64,000 nt of DNA from assembly GCA_028864975.1 (NCBI GenBank), contig JAGWLG010000008.1, positions 1 through 64,000 of the forward strand, read 5' to 3'. The translations under genes and the position numbers were made by a program. Below the pieces are notes generated by a model. The model was not told the origin of the DNA. It did no database searches and saw nothing but the letters and a program-made list of their open reading frames with translations. The DNA comes from Thermoplasmata archaeon (GTDB taxonomy: Archaea > Thermoplasmatota > Thermoplasmata > Lutacidiplasmatales > UBA184). Positions within the stretch are counted from its first letter, which is position 1, and every line of letters starts with the position of its first letter. Below are positions 35,814-45,369 of the stretch, piece after piece.

Positions 35814-36089
35814 ATGCCCGAGTCCCCAGGGGAAGGGGAGAACCCCGTTTGCCGAACACTCGAAGAGTGCGCCGAGCGCAAGGCGCACCTGTTCTGCGAG
35901 TACTTGGACCAGGAGGAGCCGGCCCAGTGCCTCACGCTCCTGGAGAAGCTCCGCGACCACTCCTCCAGACCGGACCAGGTGAACGAGGAACTGGTGAAGC
36001 TCTACGGGGCGGACCAGGTGAAGGAGGCGAAGCACGCGGTCGCCGAGAAGCTCCGGAGTGAGCACGCCCCGAAGGCTCCCGCGTCGTAG
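35814..36089 (+). CDS. hypothetical Cys-containing helical protein
   Basis: Start MPESPG at 35814. Confidence 0.6.
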   Translation: MPESPGEGENPVCRTLEECAERKAHLFCEYLDQEEPAQCLTLLEKLRDHSSRPDQVNEELVKLYGADQVKEAKHAVAEKLRSEHAPKAPAS

Positions 36090-36092
36090 GCG

Positions 36093-36473
36093 ATGTCGAA
36101 CCTGCGCACGAAGCGCGTCGAGGTCCGCCTCTCCGAGGATGAGGACGGAGCACTCGACCGCCTTGCGCAACGGTGGCGCTGTGACCGTGCGGAAGCCATT
36201 CGACGCGCCTTCATCTCCTTCGACACGAACGGCTCCCACATCGTTTCTGTTCCTCTCGATGCGTACGACCTCGGCGTGGCTTCGACCCTCGCGCGCCGGT
36301 GGAACGTGGATGAGGGCGGCGCGGTGCGCAAGGCATTCCACGCCTTCAGCGGCCTCATGGAAATGGGTCTCGCTAACGTCATCGACCAGAGGAAGATGGA
36401 CTTCCTCGCTCGCGCCGTGGACGACCCGAGCATCGACGTGCCGCGCAAGCGACAGCCGACCCGCCATCACTGA
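36093..36473 (+). CDS. tandem ribbon-helix-helix regulator
   Basis: KRVEVRLSEDE..LAQRW..RAEAIRRA, with a second copy IVSVPL..LARRW..GGAVRKA. Confidence 0.75.
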   Translation: MSNLRTKRVEVRLSEDEDGALDRLAQRWRCDRAEAIRRAFISFDTNGSHIVSVPLDAYDLGVASTLARRWNVDEGGAVRKAFHAFSGLMEMGLANVIDQRKMDFLARAVDDPSIDVPRKRQPTRHH

Positions 36474-36572
36474 CGGACATCACCTCGAAGGGCGGTTGTA
36501 CGGCGCTACGCTCTCAGCGCCGTACGTCCCGCTATATCCCCACCCCTGTTCTCCCACTTCGAGGTCACAACG

Positions 36573-36905
36573 ATGTGTCCCATGCCCCAACACCTGGAGA
36601 GCAAGTACCAGAGGAACGCCGCCGCAGCCGCCCCGACCTGGAAGGCTGATGTCGCCGCCGCAGAGGCCAGTGGTGCCTACTGCGCGGGGATTCAGGCCCT
36701 CCTGGGAGAGGCCGTGCCCGAGTGCCAGTCCCTGCGACAGGGGAACTGGGCCTCCGGGCTCGACTCCGTCAGCGCCGCCGAGTGGGGAGCGTCCGTCTCC
36801 GCCGCCGGCGACCGCTGGGGCTCCGGCTACGCCGCCGCCTTCACGGGCGGCGCGAAGGCCCCCCGCGCGATGCCCCGCAAGGCGCGCGCCCGCGAAGAGT
36901 ACTAG
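36573..36905 (+). CDS. small Ala/Trp-rich helical protein, possibly structural
   Basis: Periodic W/Y..G motifs; own TATA-like element and terminator. Confidence 0.7.
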   Translation: MCPMPQHLESKYQRNAAAAAPTWKADVAAAEASGAYCAGIQALLGEAVPECQSLRQGNWASGLDSVSAAEWGASVSAAGDRWGSGYAAAFTGGAKAPRAMPRKARAREEY

Positions 36906-36927
36906 GTACTCTCGCTCTCTCGCCCCC

Positions 36928-36972
36928 GCCGGGTCGAGGACTTCCCCCCTCGGCCCGGCACAACCCTTTTCC
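36928..36972 (+). terminator. hairpin + T-tract terminator
   Basis: GCCGGGTCGAGG...CCTCGGCCCGGC then CTTTTCC. Confidence 0.55.
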
Positions 36973-36995
36973 TCTTGTTCTCCTACCTCCTCTCG

Positions 36996-37436
36996 ATGGG
37001 TGGTAGTCCGTTCCGACTGAAGGGTGTCTCCGTCGCGTCGGTCTCTTCCTCGAATGGGGCGACCCCATCTACGTCTCCCGGCACCCTCTCAACCGAACAG
37101 CGGATGCACTACCTCTTCGAGTCGTTGCGCGACGTGGACGCGACCGCCAAGGACCTCAGCCGTCAGTTCGCCGGCGCTTCCCCTGCAACCCGCCTTCTCA
37201 TCCTCTCCAAGCTCTCCGGGCTCACGTCTACGCTCCAGGGGCTCACCGAGTCCATCGACGAGTTGACCGCGACCCTGGCGCGGAGCAACGGCATCGTTGG
37301 ACTGCTCGGGGTTGCGATGCAGAGCCGCGGCGACGCTGAGAACCTCCTCGCCGGCATCCGCCAGCACCTCGAATCCCTCAGCGCGACCGTGAAGCAGGTC
37401 GTGGCCGAGGCGAAGCGGCAGGGCGCGGTGCTCTAG
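36996..37436 (+). CDS. helical-bundle protein, paralog of 28416-28847
   Basis: Alignment with the 28416 ORF. Confidence 0.7.
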   Translation: MGGSPFRLKGVSVASVSSSNGATPSTSPGTLSTEQRMHYLFESLRDVDATAKDLSRQFAGASPATRLLILSKLSGLTSTLQGLTESIDELTATLARSNGIVGLLGVAMQSRGDAENLLAGIRQHLESLSATVKQVVAEAKRQGAVL

Positions 37437-37445
37437 GGACCCACT

Positions 37446-38372
37446 TCAGGGTGGGTTCTGTAGGGCTCGCAGCAGCCCCTCGACCGCGGTCAAGATGTTG
37501 GTGAAGCTCCCGACCCCGAGTAAGTGGAGCAACGTGGGCAGACCCAGCAACAGCGCTAGGACCGCGTAGGTCCCGTAGAAGCCCCTGGACCAGAGCTTCT
37601 CCCCCTTCCACTTGAACGCTCCTCCGATGGCGACGAACATCGGGACGACATAGAGCAGGAGCCAAGGGTTCCCGGTGTAGAGCCGCCACATCAGCATGAC
37701 GACCAGAGGCCATACCACACCGATGAGCGTGATGAACCGGGCGACCTCGCTGCCCCACCGGGTAGCTACGGTCTCGACTCCCGCGGCCATGTCCCCGGCC
37801 TGGTCGTCGATGTCCTTCGCGGTGTTGCCGAGGGTCACGAATGGAACTGTGATGGCGAGAACGGTCCAGAGCCCCGGCGAGAAGAAGCTCCCGTACACGA
37901 CCCACGCTGCCGCGATGCCGAGACCTCCTCTCGGGACTCCGAGGTTGAGCGCGTTGGGTCCCAGGTACTTCTTCCCATAGGGTGGTCGTGAGTAGACCCA
38001 AGCGAACGTGAGCGTGAGTGCATCCAGGGCAACGAAGATGGACGGCAGGAAGAGCGCGCCGACCACGATGGAGAGCAGCCAGCCGATGACGCCCACGGAC
38101 TGCACGACGCTCGCGTCCAGTTCACCGGATGCGACGGGCCGTGACTTGGTCCTCTCGTTCGTCCGGTCCGCGACCATGTCGATGGGCGAGGTCTCGTTGA
38201 TGAGGTTGCTACAGCCGTTCGCCACGACCAGCAAGCTCCCGGCGAGGAGGATGTGCAGCCACTGGTCCAGGTCCGGACCGTGACCGAGGCCCATCAGCGA
38301 GAAAACGACCGCCAGGACCAGCACCGGGAAGAGAGTGACCGGTCGGAAGAGCCGCAGCCAGGGACCTGGCAT
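37446..38372 (-). CDS. UbiA-family prenyltransferase (DGGGP-synthase-like)
   Basis: LRLFRP, NLINE..IDMVAD..RPVASG, KDIDDQAGDMAAGVETVATRWG; multiple TM helices. Confidence 0.9.
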   Translation of the reverse strand: MPGPWLRLFRPVTLFPVLVLAVVFSLMGLGHGPDLDQWLHILLAGSLLVVANGCSNLINETSPIDMVADRTNERTKSRPVASGELDASVVQSVGVIGWLLSIVVGALFLPSIFVALDALTLTFAWVYSRPPYGKKYLGPNALNLGVPRGGLGIAAAWVVYGSFFSPGLWTVLAITVPFVTLGNTAKDIDDQAGDMAAGVETVATRWGSEVARFITLIGVVWPLVVMLMWRLYTGNPWLLLYVVPMFVAIGGAFKWKGEKLWSRGFYGTYAVLALLLGLPTLLHLLGVGSFTNILTAVEGLLRALQNPP

Positions 38373-39370
38373 TAGACCCCCGGCGCGAAGCTGCTCTTGC
38401 TCGTGCCCTTCTGTACGTAGAGGGACCGGTTGAATCCCACGAACCAGACGACCGGCGCTATAATGAGATAGAGGAAGAACCAGATGGGCATGGACCAGAA
38501 CAGCGCGATGGGTAGGAGCAGATAACTGGCCGCCTCTCCCAATCCGAGGAGCCTCATCCCCTTCGGACGGTTGTACGGCCCGCTCCGGAAGAGCTTCGCT
38601 TCGTACCCTCCGAACACGAGCACCGCGAGCAGAACTGTCACCCACCACCACCATGTCCACTCCCGGAGGAACAGCGAAATCGTCAGCACCTTAAGTGCGA
38701 CGAGGAATGTGATGAGCAGGCCGACGTCCGTGGATGTCGTCATCCGGCCCTTCTCCACTTTGCTCCCGAGCGCACGGAGCAGATTCCGTTCGTGCCCGGC
38801 CTCAAGCTCCTTCCACTCGCCGCCCCCCCATATTTGAGCTAGAACGTAACTGGTTACGAATAGGAATAGCGGCCACACTACGACACCATTCCACACTGCC
38901 GTTACAGCAAATGCGAGGAAACCGTAGCTCAACGCTATGGAAAGACCCGCTGCCAATTTGTTCTCTTTGCCCCGATGGTTATAGTAGAAACCTAGGGCGA
39001 TGAATAGGAGGAAGGGCAGGAGCGTCCACGTCGTGTGCCTCAACCCCACCAGGTAGACGAACATTGCCACGGAGATGGCCTGGCAGAGTCCGACCGCGAC
39101 CCACGCTTCGCCGAACGTCATGCGTCCTGCGATGAGCGGATGGTCGGCCTTGTCACCGGTCAGCGCGGCCTGTTTCTTGTCATACTCGTAGTCACTGACA
39201 GAGTTCTCCCCGAACGCTCCAAAATGTTCTAGCACCCCGAGCAGCACGAAGTACGGGAGCCAAATCCAGGGCGCTCCGCCGAGCCAACCGGCGAGGGCGA
39301 ACAGACCAACCTCTACCGCGGCGGTCTGGGCCCGGAAGAGGATTCCAAAGTCTCTCACTGAGGTCGGCAC
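38372..39370 (-). CDS. second UbiA-family prenyltransferase
   Basis: ENSVSDYEYD...KADHPLIAG; multiple TM helices; second Asp-rich motif degenerate (KELEAGHERN). Confidence 0.8.
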   Translation of the reverse strand: MPTSVRDFGILFRAQTAAVEVGLFALAGWLGGAPWIWLPYFVLLGVLEHFGAFGENSVSDYEYDKKQAALTGDKADHPLIAGRMTFGEAWVAVGLCQAISVAMFVYLVGLRHTTWTLLPFLLFIALGFYYNHRGKENKLAAGLSIALSYGFLAFAVTAVWNGVVVWPLFLFVTSYVLAQIWGGGEWKELEAGHERNLLRALGSKVEKGRMTTSTDVGLLITFLVALKVLTISLFLREWTWWWWVTVLLAVLVFGGYEAKLFRSGPYNRPKGMRLLGLGEAASYLLLPIALFWSMPIWFFLYLIIAPVVWFVGFNRSLYVQKGTSKSSFAPGV

Positions 39371-40503
39371 AGGACCTCCCGTAGTCGTCGCATACAGTCC
39401 CCCGGGTTTTTCTTCAAGTCGGTCTCCCAGAACCTAATCACACTCCACCCCATGGCCCGTAATTCATTATCCTGCCGCTTGTCCTTGGCCACCACGAACC
39501 GCTGTGTGCTGTTTATTGGTCCGTCAGGGTAGAATCTCGGGTCGCAGTGCCAATACTTGCCGTCTGCGAATAGGGCGACCTTCTGTGCCCTCACAACGTA
39601 GTCAGGTTGACAGACTCCCTCAATTGGGACGTGGTCATCAAATGTCACGTTCATCTGTTCCAGGAGACTGCGTAGAGTCAACTCCGGTATCGCGTCCCTC
39701 TTGGGATACCTTCGACCGATGGCTGCGAGCCGTATCCTTTCCCTCGTCTCAGCCGGGCGCTTGCGCCCCGTATGGTACCTTCTTATGGCCGATTTCACGT
39801 ACTCACTCTTATCCCTGCATTCACGAGAGCAGAACATCTGCGGCAATGTTACACGAACACGAAACGTGCCTCCACAGGTAGGGCATACCTTCGTGGCTAT
39901 GGGTACTCTTCTGTGGAATGGGTCTGCGCCAATCACTCTGAGCCAGCATTCTCGTGAACAATACTTCTTGTCCTTCCTCCATACTTTGTGTTCTTTGCAC
40001 GCTGGGCATTGGCGTGGCGGGTGTGGTACCCTTGGTCCCCTGGAAACATTGGCTCTCCTTCGCTCAGTGAGGAACCGTTCTGGCGATGTACGCCAGAGTC
40101 TCGTCATCTTTCGTGCTTGATTTGGTCTTGGTGCTCGGACCCTCTTCAGCGTCTCAGGCTGACGCGCGAGCCATCTAGCCGCACATAACTGGGAACAGAA
40201 CTTTCTACGGGCGGCCCTACCTGGGTGACCACGGTAGTAGTCCGGTAGAACAATGGATACCCCGCAGTTGACGCACATCTTTGGGGCAGTCGGGGGGAGG
40301 TCCTTCATCCTCTGTCTCGATAGCTCACGTTGATTGAACGTGTTCGCACAGAGGTGTGAGCAGAACACTCGCTGTGTTGGTCCCTCCAGCCTCGTCCCAC
40401 ACTCACGACATACCTTTGGAGGGGTCGGAGGTAGAACTTCCATTGCTGAGGTGGACGTCGCCGCCTCCGGCCCTGTCTCCGATTCAATCGCTGGCGCTGA
40501 CAC
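39355..40503 (-). CDS. free-standing homing-endonuclease-like protein (4 Zn fingers + NUMOD3 + Vsr/DUF559 nuclease)
   Basis: Four CxxC...(F/Y)CSxxC units, HTGRKRPAETRERI, PELTL..PD..ALFADGKYWH..D..L..GWSVIRFWE. Confidence 0.85.
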   Translation of the reverse strand: MSAPAIESETGPEAATSTSAMEVLPPTPPKVCRECGTRLEGPTQRVFCSHLCANTFNQRELSRQRMKDLPPTAPKMCVNCGVSIVLPDYYRGHPGRAARRKFCSQLCAARWLARQPETLKRVRAPRPNQARKMTRLWRTSPERFLTERRRANVSRGPRVPHPPRQCPACKEHKVWRKDKKYCSRECWLRVIGADPFHRRVPIATKVCPTCGGTFRVRVTLPQMFCSRECRDKSEYVKSAIRRYHTGRKRPAETRERIRLAAIGRRYPKRDAIPELTLRSLLEQMNVTFDDHVPIEGVCQPDYVVRAQKVALFADGKYWHCDPRFYPDGPINSTQRFVVAKDKRQDNELRAMGWSVIRFWETDLKKNPGDCMRRLREVLCRPQ

Positions 40504-40604
40504 TACGACGCCACCTCAGCGCAAGGGATAGGGAATTTCTTGCTGATAACGATTCCGGACGGGGAGGCTTTGAAAACAGTTGACCGGAAACCGCACATCC
40601 GTTC

Positions 40605-41855
40605 TCACGCGACCCGAACCGTTCCCACGAACTGAGGGGCGATGCCGTGCTCGAACATCTCGTGGACGACCACCGACAGGTTGTAGCAGATCAGCTTCGC
40701 CAAGACCTCGTTCGCCTGGGCGACCGGCGTCCTCGACCGGATGTTCTCCCCGAACTTGCGCTTGAGGGCCGAGAAGACCGATTCGACGTTGGACCTGACG
40801 TGGTAGCTCGCGTCGAAGGCGTCCCGGCACGCCTGGAAGAGGTGGAAGGCTTTCTTCCACGCGGGGGAGCCCCCCGCGTCGGGGATCGAGTTCGACTTGA
40901 ACGGGATGAGGGCGTGGAGCCCCAGGTCCTCGGCGAGTTGGTAGTTGTCGCGGGAGAGGTATCCCTTGTCGGCGGGGACCGTCGCGGGCCTGAACCCGGC
41001 TTCGAGCGCCCCACGCACGAGCGGGGCGAACTGGGGGCAGTCCGCCGAGTTCGCGTCGCCGACCACAGCGCCAATCACGATGTGGGTCTTGGTCCCGACG
41101 ATGGCGTGGACCTTGAGCCAATGCTTCGTCCGCTTCTCGCCGTGCTTCTCCTCGCGCCAGCCGCCGAACGAGGTCGTCTGGACGCCGGTGGAGTCGGGGG
41201 AGATTGCCCCGCCGTCCTCAAGGCCGGCCAAGGGGAGGGCGCTCTGCGTCAGGAGGTGGTAGAGGACCGCCGTTGCCTCGGGGCGGTTCAGGCAGTTCGA
41301 GGAGACGGCGTAGCTCGGGGCTCGGGTGAGGAGCCCCCGGTCCGCGACATTCAGGTGGACACCGTGGGCACGGCGGGCCGAGAGCCCCGAGTATACCTTC
41401 AGAACCGCGCAGTAAAGATCGTCCTTGAAGGGGGTCGGGGCCGGTCCCGGCATCCCGACCGGGCGGGGCATGTCGGGGACGCCACTCACCAGGTCGCGGA
41501 GGAGCGAGTCCACGAGGCGCATCTCCTCGGTCTGGCCTTGGGTGTAGCTCTGGTGCTGGGCGTACTGCTTGCGAGGCTTCTTGGTCGGGAGTTCGAGGCT
41601 CTGGCCGGACTCCCGGAGCCGAAGCTCCCACGCGGCCAGGATGTGCTTGCAGGGAAGGGTCCTCTTGGAGAAGTCGGGGCACGAGCACCGACCCTCGGCG
41701 ACTCCGAGGAGTTCGACGCGGTAGCGCCCGAAACCACTCTGGGAGGGGACGCTCCACTCGCTGTCGCCCAGCCGCTCGACCTGCTCCGGGTGGAGGGCGA
41801 TTTCCCTCGCTCGGGCCATTCTCTCGGTCGTTCCTGTCAGGTCGATGGTCGCCAT
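40605..41855 (-). CDS. IS4/IS5-superfamily DDE transposase with N-terminal SWIM Zn finger
   Basis: CSCPDF..CKH (SWIM); PDSTG, ADKGY, RSNVESVFSALKRKFG. Confidence 0.9.
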   Translation of the reverse strand: MATIDLTGTTERMARAREIALHPEQVERLGDSEWSVPSQSGFGRYRVELLGVAEGRCSCPDFSKRTLPCKHILAAWELRLRESGQSLELPTKKPRKQYAQHQSYTQGQTEEMRLVDSLLRDLVSGVPDMPRPVGMPGPAPTPFKDDLYCAVLKVYSGLSARRAHGVHLNVADRGLLTRAPSYAVSSNCLNRPEATAVLYHLLTQSALPLAGLEDGGAISPDSTGVQTTSFGGWREEKHGEKRTKHWLKVHAIVGTKTHIVIGAVVGDANSADCPQFAPLVRGALEAGFRPATVPADKGYLSRDNYQLAEDLGLHALIPFKSNSIPDAGGSPAWKKAFHLFQACRDAFDASYHVRSNVESVFSALKRKFGENIRSRTPVAQANEVLAKLICYNLSVVVHEMFEHGIAPQFVGTVRVA

Positions 41856-41959
41856 CTTTCGCACGTCCTTGCTACCTATATGGCGACCTACGCATATAAG
41901 GTATAGGTAGCTAGGTAGGCGCGATAGACTATAAATAGGCTAGCGCCTATTAATAGGTA

Positions 41960-42169
41960 GTGAGGTCGTCGGTGGAGACAACGAAGGTGGTGATTGCCCA
42001 AGCCAAGAGCAAGTCACTCCGCACGACTATCCCGGCCGGGATTGCCCGCCAGTTCAAGATCACGGCGGAGTCGGAACTCGGATGGGAGATTGAGGCGCGA
42101 GACAACGCCCTGGTGATTGTCGTCCGTCCGGTTTCGCCGCCCGCCAGACCGAACGAGGGAAAAGCCTGA
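41960..42169 (+). CDS. AbrB/MazE-like DNA-binding protein
   Basis: SLRTTIPAGIARQFKI...LGWE; divergent from the transposase across a palindrome-rich AT spacer. Confidence 0.8.
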   Translation: MRSSVETTKVVIAQAKSKSLRTTIPAGIARQFKITAESELGWEIEARDNALVIVVRPVSPPARPNEGKA

Positions 42170-42280
42170 AGCGATTAGTAACCCGGGAGGACAGTTTGGC
42201 GGAGGAAGTTGTTGGGCACCTAGCACGTCGCTCGGCTCACACCCTCGACTTCAAATCCGCGTTCTTGAGTCGCCGCCTTC

Positions 42281-44140
42281 GTGTCTGGCTGGCGCTCCGC
42301 GGTCTTGGACGAATGGGGTGAGGATGGTTTGGCTCTCGCTCGTGCCCTCAAACAAACTGCCAAGCGCAAAGCATCCTGCATCTCAGATTTCGTCTCGACC
42401 ATCGAAGACCCGGGCACAATTCGCCCAGGGGGACGAACTAGTGACATGCCAAGATCATCCGGAAGCCTTCCGACGACCGCGTTGGACTCGGTCAAGACCC
42501 TGCTTGCGGGCACAACTCCTGAAGGGTCGGATCTGCGGCGGTTCGCGTTGAACACGGGACGGTTCTACACGCACGAATTCATCGGTCGGAGATTGGCGAA
42601 GGGAATCAGCAAGGCGCTGGGCGCACGGCTGAAAGGCCCTGTTTCGATTGTCGATCCGTTCTGTGGTGACGGAAGGCTCGTTGCCTGGTTTCTGGAGGAG
42701 ATTGGCACGAAGCCGATGGCTCGCGGGACGTCTCTCTCAGTCGACCTGTGGGATTGTGACGGGGCAGCTCTAAGGCAGGCTGCGAGGAGAGTCCAAGCGC
42801 TTTCCGACGACATGGGTTCAGTCATCGTGAACAGCCACCACTGGGATTCGTTCGACGGTGCTAGGCTACAATGGGGCCGGTTCGATTTTGTCCTGACAAA
42901 TCCTCCGTGGGAACTTCTAAAGCCGGATCCCCGCCAGATGCGCGGAATGCCCAAGGACGAGGCACTGCGGTTCTCGAAGAGCCTTAGGGAGGAAGACCGT
43001 AGGCTAACCGGCCTCTATCCCGCATCAGCTCCAAGAATCAGATACGCCGGGTGGGGGCTGAATCTCTCCCGATGCGGAACGGAAGCCGCCGTATCGCTCC
43101 TCAAGCCGGGGGGCCTGGGTGGAATCGTGGTTCCTGCGTCGCTGTTCGCTGACAACTCCAGCGGCGGTGTTCGCGAGTTGCTGACGACGAAGTTCGACCT
43201 CCTGTCTATGGACTATTTTCCATCTGAGGCTCATCTATTCCCAGGGACTGACCAACCTGCGGTGTCCGCCCTCGTTCGTCGTTCTGAGCCCAACGGTGTG
43301 TCGCTCGACCTCACCGTGTTCGATCGCGGGCTTGAAATTCGCAGCAATGGGCAGCTCAAGATTTCGAGGGAGGAGCTAGAACGGACTGATTTCGTGATTC
43401 CCGGACAGCTGCCAGCAAAGAGCTATTCCATACTGAGGAAGTTGAACCGACTGGGTGCGTTCGCCGAACTAGAAGGCGCCTCTCCTGCCGACCTCGTTGC
43501 CGGAAGAGAACTAGACGAGACGAGAATCGATGAGCGGCTCTCAAGCCGCGGCACTCATCGATTCGTCAAAGGCCGTATGGTCACCCGATTTCAGTCCGAC
43601 CTTCGCTCGGCCCGTTTCCTCCTTCCGAGCGTTGAGGTCCCTCCGTCCGCGGCTCACTGGAGAATCGCCTGGAGGGATGTCTCTCGGACGACTCAGGCGC
43701 GGCGTGTCAAGGCGACACTCCTCCCGCCAGGCGTCGTCACGGGGAACTCTCTCTCAATCGCTTACTTTCGCGACGACCACATGGCCCGGCTGAAGACACT
43801 TCTAGTGATCATGAACTCGGCAGTATTCGAATTTCAAATGCGACTGTGGCTCGCGACCCCTCACATCTCCCTCGGTGGGGTGCGAAGGGGACGGCTGCCG
43901 GCAAGCTGGAGTCCTAAGCAGCTCGCCGGAATGGCCCGCGTTTGTGACGGATGCTTAGCCGGGGAGCCCTCCTCCCTGATTGAGGCGGAGGTACGAGTTG
44001 CCCAGGCATACGGACTAGACCGTCGAGAGTTCGGGGCCATTCTCGACGAGTTCGGGAGGCTCTCAACTCATGAGAAATGCCATCTACTCGATTCCGCCTG
44101 TTGGGAACGGGTTCCCGGCTGGCTGGAGAGGTCCCCGTAG
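42281..44140 (+). CDS. gamma-class N6-adenine DNA methyltransferase (start uncertain, perhaps 42446)
   Basis: Motif I VDPFCGDG precedes motif IV NPPW; C-terminal TRD-like WRDVSR. Confidence 0.85.
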   Translation: MSGWRSAVLDEWGEDGLALARALKQTAKRKASCISDFVSTIEDPGTIRPGGRTSDMPRSSGSLPTTALDSVKTLLAGTTPEGSDLRRFALNTGRFYTHEFIGRRLAKGISKALGARLKGPVSIVDPFCGDGRLVAWFLEEIGTKPMARGTSLSVDLWDCDGAALRQAARRVQALSDDMGSVIVNSHHWDSFDGARLQWGRFDFVLTNPPWELLKPDPRQMRGMPKDEALRFSKSLREEDRRLTGLYPASAPRIRYAGWGLNLSRCGTEAAVSLLKPGGLGGIVVPASLFADNSSGGVRELLTTKFDLLSMDYFPSEAHLFPGTDQPAVSALVRRSEPNGVSLDLTVFDRGLEIRSNGQLKISREELERTDFVIPGQLPAKSYSILRKLNRLGAFAELEGASPADLVAGRELDETRIDERLSSRGTHRFVKGRMVTRFQSDLRSARFLLPSVEVPPSAAHWRIAWRDVSRTTQARRVKATLLPPGVVTGNSLSIAYFRDDHMARLKTLLVIMNSAVFEFQMRLWLATPHISLGGVRRGRLPASWSPKQLAGMARVCDGCLAGEPSSLIEAEVRVAQAYGLDRREFGAILDEFGRLSTHEKCHLLDSACWERVPGWLERSP

Positions 44141-44143
44141 ACA

Positions 44144-45337
44144 ATGGCCGGAGACATCACAAGGTCGGCGGGATCTGGGACGCCTGCTACGATACCAAAC
44201 CACTACTCCCCACGGCTAAGTGAACTGGACCTCCGCATGGTCAAGGCCATCCCTCCGGGGGGGAACTGGAAGTCGATTCCACTGGACATTCCGTCGAGAC
44301 GCCTCTCTCAGATACGGCGGACCTTTCTGTCGGGAAATGGCAGCAGGTCCACGTACTATGGTCGGCTTGACCCGGACATGCCGGCGTTCACAATCAGCAC
44401 CTGCATCAACAGACCCGGCAACGGTTGCTACATTCACTATGACTGGGAGGGGGGACAACACCGCCTAATTTCCCAGCGGGAGGCTGCCAGGCTTCAAAGC
44501 TTTCCGGATTGGTTCGCTTTCCAGGGCACTCGAGCCTCCGTCAATCGTCAGATTGGAAATGCCGTCCCACCCCTTCTTGCGCACCACGTAGCGCGGAAAT
44601 TGGGACGCCCGGGTGTCTTCGTCGACCTGTTCTGCGGCGCGGGTGGGCTTTCCCTCGGGTTCAAGATGGCTGGATGGACCCCACTGATTGCAGTGGACCT
44701 CGACCCGAGTGCAGTCGCCACATATGGTCAGAACGTCCACGAGTCCGTGGTCGCGGGCTCGATAGAGGACGATGCGGTTTTTGAGGCGCTGCTCGAGAAA
44801 GTTGGCGAGCTTCGGCCGTCCGACCAACCCATGTTTGTAGTGGGGGGGCCGCCGTGTCAGGGATTTTCGACCGCGGGTAATCGGCGCTCAACCGCCGATC
44901 CGAGAAACTCTCTGTTCCGCCGCTTTAGCATGTTTATCGAAGAGGCACGACCCGACGGTTTCGTTTTCGAGAACGTGCCTGGGATTCTGAGCATGGACCG
45001 CGGCCGGTTCTTCGGTGTTATCCTTCACGAACTGTCAAAGCACGTCGCCGGAGTCAGTCACTGGCAGCTTGCAGCCGTTGAATTCGGAGTTCCGCAGCGC
45101 AGGCGCCGTGTATTCGTGGTCGGGCGACGGAACCAATCCGGGAAGCTCAGCCCCCCGGCCCGCGTGACTCGCCTCCCAGACGGCCAATCCTCTTTGGATG
45201 GTGTCGCAAGAGCCATCTCGGTAAGAGAGGCCCTGAGCGATCTGCCGCCGCTAGTTGCGGGTGAAGATGGAAGCCATCTCGACTACGTTCACGCTCCAGA
45301 AGGTGCTTACCAAGAACTCATGAGGAGAGGGCGTTAG
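44144..45337 (+). CDS. circularly permuted C5-cytosine DNA methyltransferase
   Basis: Motifs IX-X (REAARLQSFPD, QIGNAVPP) precede I (DLFCGAGG), IV (GGPPCQGFS), VI (ENVPG), VIII (QRRRR). Confidence 0.9.
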   Translation: MAGDITRSAGSGTPATIPNHYSPRLSELDLRMVKAIPPGGNWKSIPLDIPSRRLSQIRRTFLSGNGSRSTYYGRLDPDMPAFTISTCINRPGNGCYIHYDWEGGQHRLISQREAARLQSFPDWFAFQGTRASVNRQIGNAVPPLLAHHVARKLGRPGVFVDLFCGAGGLSLGFKMAGWTPLIAVDLDPSAVATYGQNVHESVVAGSIEDDAVFEALLEKVGELRPSDQPMFVVGGPPCQGFSTAGNRRSTADPRNSLFRRFSMFIEEARPDGFVFENVPGILSMDRGRFFGVILHELSKHVAGVSHWQLAAVEFGVPQRRRRVFVVGRRNQSGKLSPPARVTRLPDGQSSLDGVARAISVREALSDLPPLVAGEDGSHLDYVHAPEGAYQELMRRGR

Positions 45338-45369
45338 TCCTTCGAACGCCTGGGGGAACCCGGGAGACG

